A stretch of DNA of 63,768 nt, counting the filler, from Actinomycetota bacterium (lineage in GTDB: Bacteria; Actinomycetota; Actinomycetes; JAKEEW01): the NCBI GenBank assembly GCA_046725875.1. It is 4 parts of 4 records of this genome, joined end to end, with 100 filler letters (N's around TTAATTAATTAA, not from the genome) between each part and the next. Parts side by side here need not be neighbours in the genome. Positions count along the whole stretch, not along the records: positions 1 to 27,334 come from JBKOZJ010000084.1; positions 27,435 to 40,015 come from JBKOZJ010000086.1; 2 more parts are not named here. The stretch is one strand, 5' to 3'. Made by a program: the position numbers and the translations under genes. Shown here one piece after another: positions 21,100 to 31,828 of this stretch. The notes beneath the pieces were generated by a model, which was given only the letters and a program-made list of their open reading frames with translations, searched no databases and was not told the origin of the DNA. Within the stretch, counting starts at the first letter, position 1; each line of letters begins with the position of its first letter.

Positions 21100-22365
21100 A
21101 TCTAGCTGGCGGGATGTTTACCTGGCCGCTGGAGCGCGCGGAGCGTCGGTCTGTGGCGACTTTCTCGCGGCGACCGTACTCGTCTTGACGCTCCAGGCCG
21201 CTGGGCATGGGGGCATGGCGGTTGCCGGCGTCCTGATGGGGAGGCGTTGCCACTTGTACTCCTCGCGCCGCTGGTTGGTCGGCTCGTCGACAGGTGGGAT
21301 AGTCGCCTGCTCCTCGTTACCCTAGGCGTCGGTCAGGCTACGGTCTGCGCAATGCTGGCATACACCACCAGCCCGGCCACAATGATCGCGCTCGTTGCCG
21401 TCCTCACCTGTGGGCTCGCGGTCACGTCGCCGACTTTCGCCGCACTCATCCCCGAGATGGTCCGCCGCGACGAGCTGCCGCGGGCGAGCGCGGTCAACAT
21501 GACTGCGTCCTCGGTTGGCCTGCTGCTCGGCCCCGCGCTCGCTGGAGTCCTGGTTGGTGGGTTCGGGAGCCGGCCAGCTCTGTTGGTCGATGCGGCGTCG
21601 TACCTCGCGATCACGGTAGCCGGCCTGTTGATCCAGACACGGCGGCGCCCCGGTGCGGCCGCCCGGGCATCCGCTGATGGAACGCCCGCTCCAGCCCGTA
21701 AGGCGCCGGGTCGATCCGATCAGTGGCGCGTGCGCGGGGACAGCCTGTTGCGCTCCCTGCTGCTGGCGCTCGCCGCCGTCGTCGCATCGGTAACGGCGAT
21801 CAACGTCGTGGTCGTGTTCTTCGTGCGGGAGACGTTGGGAGCCTCAGCGACAACGTTTGGCCTTGTCGAGGCGGCCTGGACCGGCGGGATGCTAACCGGT
21901 GCGTGGGTGCTCGCGCGCTGGCTGCGGCGGCCTCGCGACGACGGCGCGCTCGGCGTCAGAACGCTGGTTCTGCTCGGAGGCAGCTGCGCTGCCGTCCTCC
22001 TCGGGTCCGCCGCCCCAGCTGCCGGCTGGCTCCTTCCGATCTGGTTCGTGGGCGGCATGACGAACGGCGCGACGAACACGGCCGTGTCCGTCCTCATCGC
22101 GCAGCGCGTGGCCCCGGGTCTTCGTGGTCGGGCGTAGTCGATGCTCGGTGCTTTCGCGCAAGGCGGCAGCGTGGTTGGCTACCTCCTCGGCGGCGCCTTG
22201 CTCAGGTGGCTCCCGCCGCGCCCGCTGATCGCGCTCGCCGGCCTTACCGGAGTGTTGGTTACCGTCCTGTTCACCGTCCCCCTGCGTCGCGCCGCAATGC
22301 TCGACAAGACCGTTCGGGACAACGCTTTGGCAGCCGCAACGGGCACGGTTTCGGCTGTTCGCTGA
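21089..22365 (+). pseudogene. MFS transporter, frameshifted and with an internal stop
   Basis: Three ORF pieces (21089, 21247, 22141) form one MFS; 1-nt loss near 21240 (GVLM|EALPLVLLAPLVGRLVDRWDSR) and in-frame TAG at 22135-22137. Confidence 0.85.
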
Positions 22366-22382
22366 CCCTAGGGTCGGCCACG

Positions 22383-22411
22383 TTGACCGCCAGACAGATC
22401 GCGATTAGGCT
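22383..22411 (+). promoter_or_regulatory. Housekeeping sigma promoter for paaABCDE
   Basis: TTGACC-17 bp-TAGGCT. Confidence 0.7.
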
Positions 22412-22415
22412 ACGA

Positions 22416-22429
22416 ACCGAACGTTCGGT
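22416..22429. promoter_or_regulatory. Putative PaaR operator 2, over the predicted paaA +1
   Basis: ACCGAACGTTCGGT, identical to the core at 16341-16354. Confidence 0.82.
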
Positions 22430-22473
22430 CGGTTACCGGCAGCTGGCTGCTGCCCGGAGGTGTACGCGCGATC

Positions 22474-23472
22474 ATGTACGGACTCCCAGAGGAAGCTCGC
22501 GCCGTCATACCCGACTCAAGCGGCGCTTCCAGCTACGACGATCTCCAGGTCGAGTTCGACCAGATGGTGGCGGCTGACCAGCGGATCGAGCCGCGCGACT
22601 GGATGCCGGACGGATACCGCAAGACGCTGATCCGCCAGATCGCGCAACATGCCCACTCGGAGATCATCGGAATGCAGCCGGAGGGCAACTGGATCACCCG
22701 GGCGCCGAGCCTGCGGCGCAAGGCGATCCTGATGGCGAAGGTCCAGGACGAGGCCGGCCATGGCCTCTACCTCTACAGCGCGGCGGAGACTCTGGGCGTG
22801 TCCAGGGACGAGCTGATGGATCTACTGCACGCCGGCAAGCAGAAGTATTCGAGTATTTTCAACTACCCGACCCTGACCTGGGCGGACATGGGCGCAATCG
22901 GCTGGCTGGTGGACGGCGCGGCGATCACCAATCAAATCCCGCTCTGCCGTTGCTCGTATGGTCCGTATGCCCGGGCGATGATCCGGATTTGCAAAGAGGA
23001 GTCGTTCCATCAGCGGCAGGGCTACGAGATCCTCTACACGCTCTCCCACGGCAGTCCGGAGCAGCGCGACATGGCACAGGACGCGGTCAACCGCTGGTGG
23101 TGGCCGAGCCTGATGATGTTCGGCCCGCCAGACGACGAGTCCCAGCACACTGCGCAGTCGATGGCGTGGAAGATCAAACGTCACTCCAATGACGAGCTGC
23201 GCCAGAAGTTCGTCGACATGGTCGTTCCGCAGGCCGAGGTGCTCGAGCTGATGCTGCCCGACCCGGATCTGCGCTGGAATCCGGAGCGCGGTCACTACGA
23301 GTTCGGGCCGATCGACTGGGACGAGTTCTGGCAGGTGGTCAAGGGCGACGGTCCGTGCAATCGGCAGCGGATGGAGCATCGGGTAGCGGCGCACGAGAAC
23401 GGCCGCTGGGTCCGGGAGGCCGCGCTGGCTCATGCGGCCAAGCGGCGGGACCGGGCCGGGGTGGCCGCATGA
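22474..23472 (+). CDS. paaA: Phenylacetyl-CoA epoxidase subunit A
   Basis: [38 protein letters not shown]. Confidence 0.98.
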   Translation: MYGLPEEARAVIPDSSGASSYDDLQVEFDQMVAADQRIEPRDWMPDGYRKTLIRQIAQHAHSEIIGMQPEGNWITRAPSLRRKAILMAKVQDEAGHGLYLYSAAETLGVSRDELMDLLHAGKQKYSSIFNYPTLTWADMGAIGWLVDGAAITNQIPLCRCSYGPYARAMIRICKEESFHQRQGYEILYTLSHGSPEQRDMAQDAVNRWWWPSLMMFGPPDDESQHTAQSMAWKIKRHSNDELRQKFVDMVVPQAEVLELMLPDPDLRWNPERGHYEFGPIDWDEFWQVVKGDGPCNRQRMEHRVAAHENGRWVREAALAHAAKRRDRAGVAA

Positions 23473-23780
23473 ACGCGGAGGTATCTTCCCTGGCCGGCCG
23501 CCGCGAGTGGCCCCTGTGGGAGGTCTTTGTACGGAGCAAGCGGGGGCTGTCGCACAGCCACGTCGGTAGCGTGCACGCAGCGGATGCGCAGATGGCGCTG
23601 CGGATGGCACGCGATGTCTACACGCGGCGCCAGGAGGGCGTATCCATCTGGGTCGTCCAGGCCGCGACGATTACCGCCTCCAGCCCCCAGGAGAAGGACC
23701 CGTTCTTCGAGCCTGCGGGGGACAAGGTCTACCGCCACCCCACGTTCTACGAGATCCCCGAGGGCGTGGAGCAGCTGTGA
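23469..23780 (+). CDS. paaB: Phenylacetyl-CoA epoxidase subunit B
   Basis: [23 protein letters not shown]...[17 protein letters not shown]...YRHPTFY. Confidence 0.97.
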   Translation: MNAEVSSLAGRREWPLWEVFVRSKRGLSHSHVGSVHAADAQMALRMARDVYTRRQEGVSIWVVQAATITASSPQEKDPFFEPAGDKVYRHPTFYEIPEGVEQL

Positions 23781-24553
23781 GCCGCCAGCCGACCGCGGAG
23801 CTGCCGCCGGTCGCCCAGTATGGGCTGCGGCTGGGCGACGACGCCCTCGTACTCGCCCAGAGACTGGGTGAATGGGCCGCCGGGGCGCCGGAGCTCGAAG
23901 AGGACGTCGCCTTGACGAACCTGGCGCTTGACCTGCTTGGGCAGGCGCGGGCGCTGCTGACCTACGTCGGCAAGCTCGAGGGTGCCGGCCGGACCGAGGA
24001 CGACCTCGCGTTTCTGCGCGATGAGCGGGATTTCGTGAATGTCCAGCTCGTCGAGCAGCCCAACGGCGACTTTGCCCAGACCATCGCGCGGCAGCTGTTC
24101 TTCTCGGCGTATCAGCGGCTCCTCTATGAACGGCTCGCCGGCTCGGCCGACCCCACCATCGCGGGTGTGGCCCAAAAGGCGGTCAAAGAGGTCGACTATC
24201 ACCTGGACCATGCAGCGGGGTGGACCGTTCGGATGGGTGATGGAACCGAGGAGAGCCACCGCCGGATGCAGGCCGGCGTAGCCCGGATGTGGCCGTTCGT
24301 GGGCGAGCTCTTCCACACCGACCAGCTCGCGGAACGCCTGGTCGTCGAGGGCATCGCGGTCGACCCTCGGGCGCTGCGCGACGACTGGAACAAGTCGGTC
24401 GGCTCGGTCCTGGAAGAGGCGGCGTTGAGCGTGCCGGAAGGCTCCTGGACGGCACCGGGGGGCGGTCGCCGCGGCATCCACACCGAGGGTTTTGGCTATC
24501 TCCTGGCGGAGATGCAACACCTGCACCGTTCACATCCGGGAGCGCGCTGGTGA
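23777..24553 (+). CDS. paaC: Phenylacetyl-CoA epoxidase subunit C
   Basis: LGDDALVLAQRL, APELEEDVAL, KAVKEVDYH, GIHTE..GYLLAEMQ. Confidence 0.97.
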   Translation: MSRQPTAELPPVAQYGLRLGDDALVLAQRLGEWAAGAPELEEDVALTNLALDLLGQARALLTYVGKLEGAGRTEDDLAFLRDERDFVNVQLVEQPNGDFAQTIARQLFFSAYQRLLYERLAGSADPTIAGVAQKAVKEVDYHLDHAAGWTVRMGDGTEESHRRMQAGVARMWPFVGELFHTDQLAERLVVEGIAVDPRALRDDWNKSVGSVLEEAALSVPEGSWTAPGGGRRGIHTEGFGYLLAEMQHLHRSHPGARW

Positions 24554-25059
24554 CCACGGTGGCGTCGGAAGAGTTGGCTCGGGTGCGGTCCGCGGTGGCC
24601 GCCGTGCCCGACCCCGAGCTTCCCATGGTCACGATCGAGGATCTGGGCATTCTCCGCAACGTTTCGATCGAGCCGGGCGGGCAGGCGGTGGTCACGATCA
24701 CCCCTACCTATTCGGGATGCCCCGCGATGGAGACGATCGCGGTCGATGTGCGCGCCGCCGCCGCTGGCGCCGGTGCCGAAGACCCCGAGGTCCGCACGGT
24801 TCTTGCCCCGGCCTGGACCACCGATTGGATCACGGAAGAAGGTCGCCGAAAGCTCGCCGAAGCCGGCATCTCGCCACCGGGGCCGGCCTCGGGAGTCCGG
24901 CATCGGCCGGGTCGCGTCCTCGTCACGATCTCGCCGCGGTGTCCGCGCTGTGCTTCTCCGCAGACCCGTCTCGTCAGTAAGTTCGGGTCCACCGCATGCA
25001 AAGCGATCTACGTGTGCACCCAGTGCCGGGAACCGTTCGATCATTTCAAGGCGATCTGA
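24550..25059 (+). CDS. paaD: Phenylacetyl-CoA epoxidase subunit D
   Basis: VPDPELPMVTIEDLGILR, TPTYSGCPAM, PAWTTDWI, CPRC...STACKA...C..C.EPFDHFK. Confidence 0.96.
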   Translation: MTTVASEELARVRSAVAAVPDPELPMVTIEDLGILRNVSIEPGGQAVVTITPTYSGCPAMETIAVDVRAAAAGAGAEDPEVRTVLAPAWTTDWITEEGRRKLAEAGISPPGPASGVRHRPGRVLVTISPRCPRCASPQTRLVSKFGSTACKAIYVCTQCREPFDHFKAI

Positions 25060-25060
25060 A

Positions 25061-26239
25061 GTGTCCGCGCTGCCCGCGGCCGTCCCGAGCCCGAGCCTTG
25101 GGGGAGCGCCGGACTTCGTCTCCCCAAGGGGAGCACAGCCGGCCGCGCGTCCCGGGCCGCGCCGCCATGCCGTCTTCCACCCGCTGCGGGTGGCGGCCGT
25201 CGACCGGCTCACCGACGATGCGATCGCGGTGACCTTCGAGGTGCCTCCCGAGTTCGAAGACGAGTACGACTTCGTACACGGGCAGCACTTGACGATCAGG
25301 GCCCGGATCGACGGTGCCGAGGTGCGGCGGAACTACTCGATCTGCAGTCCCGCTGGGTCCGGCGTTCTCCGGATCGGGGTCAAGCGGCTGCCCGGCGGCG
25401 CCTTCTCCGAGTGGGCCAACTCGCACCTCACCGTCGGGTCGGTCCTGGACGTCATGACGCCCACCGGCCGATTCTTCACCCCGCTCGACCGGGCAAACGG
25501 TAAGCACTATGCGTTGATCGCGGCTGGGTCGGGCATCACGCCGATCTTGTCGATCGCCACATCCATTCTCGACCGCGAGCCACAGAGCGCCGTGACCTTG
25601 CTGTACGGCAACCGGACGACGAGCTCGGTCATGTTCCTGGAGGAGCTGGAAGACCTCAAGAACACGTATCCGGCGCGGGTTGCCATGTTCCATGTGCTGT
25701 CCCGGGAGGCGGCCGAGGTCGAACTGTTGCATGGCCGAATCGACGCGGACAAGCTGACGGTCTTTCTCGACAGCCTGCTGCCTCTCGACACGGTGGACGA
25801 GTGGTTCCTCTGCGGGCCGTACGACATGGTCGAAACGGCGCGCAAGGTGCTTACCGAGCACGGCGCAGACCCGGCCCACATTCATGTCGAGCTGTTCCAC
25901 GTCGAGGGCGAGCCGGTGCGCGCGGTGTCGCCCGCGCCCCAAGCCCAGCCGCCGGGCGCCGGCGCCTCGGTCACGGTGCTCCTCGACGGCAGGAGGACGA
26001 CCTTCGAGCTGTCCCCGGGCGCCGAACCGATCCTCGATGCCGCGCTGCGGGCGCGCGGTGATGCTCCGTATGCCTGCAAGAACGGCGTATGCGGCACCTG
26101 CCGGGCGAAGCTGCTCGAGGGCCAGGTTCAGATGGACCAGAACTACGCGCTAGAAGACGACGAGCTTGCCGACGGCTACGTGCTCACCTGCCAGTCCCAC
26201 CCGATCAGCGACGAGGTCGTCCTCGACTATGACGCGTAG
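25061..26239 (+). CDS. paaE: Phenylacetyl-CoA epoxidase reductase subunit
   Basis: RRNYSIC FAD motif, AGSGITP, FLCGP, 2Fe-2S ACKNGVCGTC...C. Confidence 0.96.
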   Translation: MSALPAAVPSPSLGGAPDFVSPRGAQPAARPGPRRHAVFHPLRVAAVDRLTDDAIAVTFEVPPEFEDEYDFVHGQHLTIRARIDGAEVRRNYSICSPAGSGVLRIGVKRLPGGAFSEWANSHLTVGSVLDVMTPTGRFFTPLDRANGKHYALIAAGSGITPILSIATSILDREPQSAVTLLYGNRTTSSVMFLEELEDLKNTYPARVAMFHVLSREAAEVELLHGRIDADKLTVFLDSLLPLDTVDEWFLCGPYDMVETARKVLTEHGADPAHIHVELFHVEGEPVRAVSPAPQAQPPGAGASVTVLLDGRRTTFELSPGAEPILDAALRARGDAPYACKNGVCGTCRAKLLEGQVQMDQNYALEDDELADGYVLTCQSHPISDEVVLDYDA

Positions 26240-26666
26240 GACGCTGCTGAAGAACCACATCCTCCCGGCGCGACGACCAGACGCCGCTCGCGACGGGCGA
26301 GGTCGTTCACCAGCGCCTCGCCTGTGTCCCTCCGGCGCGACGCCGCTGGCGGTCGGCCGCCTACGGGTTTGTGATCAGTCCTGGTCGGTCCAGGTGCGCC
26401 GATGCGTAGCCTTCGCCGGCCACGGCGATCGATCAACATCTGAGAGCGATCGATCATGGAGACTCTAGGTCGACGCCTATCGCTCCTGGCGAATCTGCCG
26501 GTCCGGGCTCCTGGCAACACCGCGGTGGCATTTGGTCGATCGGGTAGCGAGGGCGGACTCCGGGCCGCGTCGGTGCGCGTATCTGTCGGGCGTGGCCAAT
26601 AGATTGGGCCGAGCCGAGCAAGCCGTGCGCCGAAGCCCGGCGCGATCGAGCGGGGAGGTGGATCCA

Positions 26667-27334
26667 GTGGCCAATTACGAGATCGAGTTCCGCGGCGACG
26701 TGACGGTCGAGCTTGTGCGCACGAGCGCCCAGGATGCGGACGTGCTCTTCGCCGCGCGGGTCTCCACCAAGGGAGAGCTGTCGCTCGAGGATGCCCGGGC
26801 GGATGCGTCCGCATCTAAGGGCCTAATCGGATATTTGATGCGAAGCCGGCATGGCAGCCCATTCGAGCACAACTCAATGACGTTCTTTGTGCAAGCGCCG
26901 ATCTTCGTGTTCCGCGAGATGATGAGGCACCGAATCGCCTCGTACAACGAGGAGAGCGGACGTTACCGAGAGCTGCAGCCGGTTTTCTACGTGCCACCCG
27001 CGGAGCGGAGGCTCGTCCAGGAGGGGAAGCCGGGCCACTACAACTTCGTCGACGGCACCCCTGACCAGCACAAGCTGGTCGAGGAGGCGACCAGGCGAGT
27101 GTGCGAGCAGGCCTACTCGGCCTATCAGGAGATGCTGGAGGCCGGGATCGCGCGCGAAGTCGCCCGGATCGTGCTGCCGCTGACGACCTATTCGACGATG
27201 TACGTCACGGTCAACGCCCGGTCGCTGATGAATTTCCTGTCGCTGCGTACCAAACGCGAGAACGCCGCCTACCCGTCCTATCCGCAGCGGGAGATCGAGA
27301 TGGTGGCCGAGAAGATGGAGGCCGAGTGGGCCCG
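26667..27334 (+). CDS. thyX: FAD-dependent thymidylate synthase (3' end lost at contig break)
   Basis: HGSPFEH, RHRIASYNEESGRY, NARSLMNFLSLR. Confidence 0.97.
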
Positions 27335-27434
27335 NNNNNNNNNNNNNNNNNNNNNNNNNNNNNNNNNNNNNNNNNNNNTTAATTAATTAANNNNNNNNNN
27401 NNNNNNNNNNNNNNNNNNNNNNNNNNNNNNNNNN
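27335..27434. other. Artificial contig linker
   Basis: N-run with central TTAATTAATTAA (stops in all frames), 100 bp. Confidence 0.98.
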
Positions 27435-27490
27435 GCCGAACCCTACGGCGCCACCCGCTGGGAGTTCGCCACCTAGCAGTCCGGGAGCGG

Positions 27491-27762
27491 TTAATCCGTT
27501 CCTCTCCGACCGAAGGCGCGCTTTGCTACTGCGGATGTGCCGATGGCGGCGAACACCGCCACGGCAACTGCTGAAGGAATTTTTGAGCCGTCGCCCGATG
27601 AACTGTGGAAGATCATGTCGCCACCGTAGACACCGACGAAGAGCACTGCGAGCCACATCGCGATGATGGCCAGAGTGGCCCAAACTCGGGCACCAATAGC
27701 CGAGACGCAATGCCTCGATCGGCAGGCTTATCGGTGGACGGCTGATGCGTCATTACTGTCAT
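27491..27762 (-). pseudogene. Small two-TM membrane protein with a 1-nt frameshift (not in the ORF track)
   Basis: AGGAGG RBS then MTVMTHQP...LLVPE|WATLAIIAMWLAVLFVGVYGGD...KIPSAVAVAVFAAIGTSAVAKRAFGRRGTD*; frame break at GAG TT TGG near 27682. Confidence 0.65.
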
Positions 27763-27927
27763 GACAGCCTCCTACGCCCAACTCGATCCTCGTGCCTCCC
27801 TCCTTTTGCCGGTAGGGCCGTTCGTCCCGAGTTGTCCGATCGTCGGCCTATAACTGATGGCACGGACGCGCTGGCGCTGGCGCGGGGGCGTAAAAGTAAG
27901 CACCACCGCACCAAGTGGGCGGGCCCG

Positions 27928-27962
27928 GAGGGCGGGTTCGGCTGTGCGCCGAACCCGCCCTC
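27928..27962 (-). terminator. Intrinsic terminator-type hairpin downstream of the Asp-box gene
   Basis: Perfect 15-bp stem GAGGGCGGGTTCGGC-TGTGC-GCCGAACCCGCCCTC. Confidence 0.75.
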
Positions 27963-27971
27963 ATGTGTCGG

Positions 27972-29747
27972 TTAGCCGGTCGTCGCCGCGACCACGTCGG
28001 TGTTGCCGAACGTTGCCGGGCAGGCGGTCGGCGGGTAGGGCGCTGGAAGATCTCGCTCGCCCGCGGCGAGCGACGACGCCCGGTACGCCTGCACCGCGGG
28101 GCATACCGCCGCATTCGACGCGTCGATGTAGAGCCCTACGCCGTAGGTACGCGTCGCGGCGGCGTACACATAGTCACCGATGCGCTCCTGGTAGATGTCG
28201 TGACCCGGATACGACGCTCGGATATCACCCATCGGCCCGACGTACGCCGGACTCCACGAGCCGGCCCCCGACGCCGGAACGGCGGCGGTCAGGAAGACGC
28301 CGTGGTACGGCCGTGGCGAGGTCATGTCGGCCCCGCGCCACGGTGAAGTGACCGCCTCGTAGATGACGTACGCCCTGTCGCCGATCGGCGAGATGGCCGG
28401 TGCAGCGTAGATCGGCCGATCACCGGCGAGCGAGACCGGAGCAGGCGTGCTCCACTGGCCGTTCCGGTTCCACGCGACCATGGCCTTCTCGGCGTTGAGC
28501 GTGCCGTCCACCCATGAATCGATGATCGTGTTGGTCGCGCCGACCCCGGTGGGAGCGCCGTTCGCGATGTCCACGCTAGGCGCTGCGGACAGGTCCGTGC
28601 GCGCGCCGGCGTACCCGTCCATCACGCAGCGGCCGTAGATCGGGTCGACGAAGTAGCACGGGTCCGTGGTCCGCCACAGCGTGGTCATCTTGGACCAGGA
28701 CCTACCGCCGTCGGTGGAGGTCCACATGACGTGGAAGCTGTGCGTCGGCAGCCCCACCAGCGCGGGGTTCTCGAACATCTGGCCGAACAGGTACACGACG
28801 CCCGTGCTCGTCGTGCGGATCGTGCAACCGCTGATGCCCCACAGCGTCGGGCCGCGACCCTCGGTGCCGGCACGGGTGATCTGCTTCGTGGTCCACGTCG
28901 ATCCGCCGTCCGGCGAGACGGACACCTGGAGCGGTGCGGGGAAGTTCCCCGGCAGGTGCTGGCCGACGCTCCGGAACTGCGGAGCGCAGACGTAGACGCG
29001 CCCGAAGTACGGCGACGACGCCGCGTTGTCCGCCCAGATCTGCTCCTTGTCCTCGAAGGCGGTCTGACTGCTCCTGGTGTTGATGATTACTGGCTGCTTC
29101 CAGCTGCTCTTCTGCTGCACGCTAGTCGGCGTCGGGTCGTCCAGCCGCGAGACGGCGAGTGCTTCGAACCCGCGGAACGTCCGGTTCGGGAAGGTCTGCC
29201 CGATCGCCGACGTGAGGTTTGCGTAGTAGACGCGCGAGCCGTTCGCCCACGAAAAGCCGTTCGGGCCCGGCTTCGGTCCGATCGACACGGCGGGGTCGCC
29301 GTCGCTGACCAGCCCGTTCTCGTAGTACCACGGCAGGGTCCGGATCGGGCCGAATTCACCGGGGCAGGTCGAGACCGGCGGGCAGTTGCGGCCGGTCCAC
29401 CCGGTATACGTCGGCTGGGTCCAGGTGTGACCGGAGTCGAACGAGAAGTACACCCCGGAGAGTCCGGCGCCGGTGGCAAAAGCGTCACACGAGCCGGTCT
29501 CGGCCACGAGATCCGTGGGGCAGATCGGCTGGTCGACGTAATCGTTGGAGCCCGCGACGAGCACGTTCGGGTGGCTGGCATCGACGGCAACGGCGGGTTC
29601 ATTCTGATGGTTGGGTGGCGTGATGTTCGCCGGTGAGCCCACGCTGACCAAGGATTCGGTGGCCTCGGTCTGGGCCGCTGCGGGCAGCGTCGGCAGCAGT
29701 AAGACGCCGGCGCCGAGCGCGGCAATAAATACCGTGGAGCGTTTCAT
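27972..29747 (-). CDS. Secreted BNR/Asp-box (sialidase-like fold) protein
   Basis: Signal peptide MKRSTVFIAALGAGVLLLPTLPAAAQ; Asp boxes SFDSGHTW, SPDGGSTW, STDGGRSW. Confidence 0.85.
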   Translation of the reverse strand: MKRSTVFIAALGAGVLLLPTLPAAAQTEATESLVSVGSPANITPPNHQNEPAVAVDASHPNVLVAGSNDYVDQPICPTDLVAETGSCDAFATGAGLSGVYFSFDSGHTWTQPTYTGWTGRNCPPVSTCPGEFGPIRTLPWYYENGLVSDGDPAVSIGPKPGPNGFSWANGSRVYYANLTSAIGQTFPNRTFRGFEALAVSRLDDPTPTSVQQKSSWKQPVIINTRSSQTAFEDKEQIWADNAASSPYFGRVYVCAPQFRSVGQHLPGNFPAPLQVSVSPDGGSTWTTKQITRAGTEGRGPTLWGISGCTIRTTSTGVVYLFGQMFENPALVGLPTHSFHVMWTSTDGGRSWSKMTTLWRTTDPCYFVDPIYGRCVMDGYAGARTDLSAAPSVDIANGAPTGVGATNTIIDSWVDGTLNAEKAMVAWNRNGQWSTPAPVSLAGDRPIYAAPAISPIGDRAYVIYEAVTSPWRGADMTSPRPYHGVFLTAAVPASGAGSWSPAYVGPMGDIRASYPGHDIYQERIGDYVYAAATRTYGVGLYIDASNAAVCPAVQAYRASSLAAGERDLPAPYPPTACPATFGNTDVVAATTG

Positions 29748-30082
29748 CGAGTGGCCCTCCGTCCACGCCGGCCGGGCCATCGGGGTACCGAAGCGGGCCG
29801 GCGACTGCAGTGAGAAACGTCCTGCGGAGCAGGCTACGCCCGCCGCAATGCCGCGAAAAGATCCACCTGTCCCAAGACCGACGGCGGACGCAGCTGGTGA
29901 TCACAGAGACTCATTCGAACGGACGATGGCCGGCAACCCATTGGGTCTTGCAAGCGAATCGGCTGGGCTCGATACTCCTGAGTTGTCAGCCGGTGCCGCA
30001 ACGGCTACTCAACGTTGCGACCTCCGGTCGGGAGGATCTGGATTCCGCCGTCTAGGTCCCAATGACCGCTCGGGAGGAGCCT

Positions 30083-30961
30083 ATGAGGATCGAACGCACT
30101 TCTGTGCGAGGCCGGATCGCCTTGACCGTCGGACTACTGGCCGCGGCCCTAAGCGCGGTCCTCGCCTCCGCGTACGCGCCGGCCGCCGGCGCGGCGTCCT
30201 CGGAGCACTTCGATGCGCGGGAGCTCGCCGCAGCCAGTGCCGCTGTGGAGCGCTCGGCCGTGGGGGGTGTCGCGTGGTACGTGGATGCGGCGTCGGACCG
30301 CGTCGTCGTCACCGCCGACGGCACCGTCTCCGCCACCGAGGTCGCCACGATCAAGCGCGGCGCCGGCGCGAACGCCGCCGCAATCAAGATCACGCGCGCC
30401 GCTGGCGTTTTCGCCCCCTTGCTGTCGGCCGGTGACGCGATCTACGGCGGACGGTACCGCTGCTCACTCGGCTTCAACGTCGTCAAGGGCAGCGCCTACT
30501 ACTTCCTCACGGCAGGACACTGCGGAAAGGTCGCCAACACCTGGTACACCAACTCCAGCCACACCACCCTGATCGGTCCCACGATCGGCTACAGCTTTCC
30601 TGGCAATGACTACGCCCTCGTGCGCTACGACAACACCTCGCTCAGCCACCCGGGCGGGTACACCGCCGCTAACGCCTTCGTCGGCGAGCAGGTCAAGCGG
30701 ACCGGCTCGACGACCGGCACCCACAGCGGCACCGTCACAGCGCTCAACGTCACCGTTCGCTACGTCGGAGGTGGCACCGTTCGCGGAATGATCCAGACCA
30801 CCGTCTGCGCCGAACCAGGCGACTCGGGTGGCCCGTTGTACGACGGCACCAAGGCCCTCGGCCTCACGTCCGGCGGCAGTGGCGACTGCAAGTCCGGCGG
30901 GACAACCTTCTACCAGCCGGTCCCTGAAGCGGCGAACAACTATGGCGTGACCGTCTACTGA
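30083..30961 (+). CDS. Secreted S1 serine protease (streptogrisin/alpha-lytic type)
   Basis: Signal and pro region; [28 protein letters not shown]. Confidence 0.95.
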   Translation: MRIERTSVRGRIALTVGLLAAALSAVLASAYAPAAGAASSEHFDARELAAASAAVERSAVGGVAWYVDAASDRVVVTADGTVSATEVATIKRGAGANAAAIKITRAAGVFAPLLSAGDAIYGGRYRCSLGFNVVKGSAYYFLTAGHCGKVANTWYTNSSHTTLIGPTIGYSFPGNDYALVRYDNTSLSHPGGYTAANAFVGEQVKRTGSTTGTHSGTVTALNVTVRYVGGGTVRGMIQTTVCAEPGDSGGPLYDGTKALGLTSGGSGDCKSGGTTFYQPVPEAANNYGVTVY

Positions 30962-31126
30962 TCGATCCACCGGACGTCCCGGCCGCGAGCGGCGAGCTGC
31001 GGCCGGGACCTCTATTACTGTTCCCTCGCATCGGCTGGGCCGTGGCAACCGGTTCCCTGGTCCGATCGGGAATCTGCTGAGAGCATTCGCGGATTCCTAG
31101 GCCGGCGGCGAGGTGGTGGGCGCAGC

Positions 31127-31561
31127 TCAGCCTGTTCGAGGAACACCCGCTGCTTCGGGTCCACCGTAAGTCGCGAGCGCGTAGATCACGAGAACACCGA
31201 TGGCGATGTAGGCCAGCGCCCAGATCGGGTAGTACGGCATCCACCAGATCGCGGTGATGCATGCGATCGCGGCGGCGGCGATTCCGGCCCATCTGCCCGT
31301 CTGCGATCCGTTGAGCACGAGGACCGAGCAACCAATGAGCGCGAGGCCGACGATGAGGTAGATCCAGCCGTATGTGTTGAGGCTGTGCCCGAGCAGCGCG
31401 TCCTGGAGGTTCGACGGGATCGGCCCGTCGTAGTTGAACGCCCAGATCGCGTCGAAGATCCGCATGATGCCGGCCACGGCTAGGACGACCGCGGCGAAGA
31501 TTATCCAGCCCCCACCTCGCCTGCGGTCAAGGTCTGTGACGGCCCCGGTGGTGGTATCCAT
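31127..31561 (-). CDS. Four-TM membrane protein (DUF7144-like)
   Basis: GWIIFAAVVL...YGWIYLIVG...PYYPIWAL...VIYAL. Confidence 0.8.
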   Translation of the reverse strand: MDTTTGAVTDLDRRRGGGWIIFAAVVLAVAGIMRIFDAIWAFNYDGPIPSNLQDALLGHSLNTYGWIYLIVGLALIGCSVLVLNGSQTGRWAGIAAAAIACITAIWWMPYYPIWALAYIAIGVLVIYALATYGGPEAAGVPRTG

Positions 31562-31828
31562 TGTGATCTCCCTTCGAACCGCGCGCGCAGTCCCCCAGTA
31601 AGACCGACGTGGTGCGGCGTCTCGTTACAGGAGTCTCCCGCGGATCGGTCCTTGGGTGGAGTCGTCCCGGCTCTGTTCCGCGTGCTGGGTGCGCGAGCAG
31701 CCGGCGTCAAACGCATAGCCCACCTGAGGCTTTAGTGATCTCGCGGCATGTCGGCAAGAATCCGTATTTTCTAAGCGGCGTAGCGTCGGTAGAACAGCTT
31801 GTCAGCACAGTGCACCGAGGAGCCCGCC

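Noticed and set aside
22135..22137. In-frame TAG in the MFS gene as pyrrolysine or readthrough
   Set aside because: The gene also has a frameshift, and no pyl machinery is visible.
26240..26666. Long paaE-thyX spacer with a GATCGATC duplication
   Set aside because: No convincing ORF or structure.
27335..27434. TTAATTAATTAA palindrome in N-runs (also at 40016 and 59341)
   Set aside because: Identical 100-bp artificial joiners, not biological.
27435..27476. Possible 3' end of a gene (AEPYGATRWEFAT*) at contig start
   Set aside because: Too short to identify.
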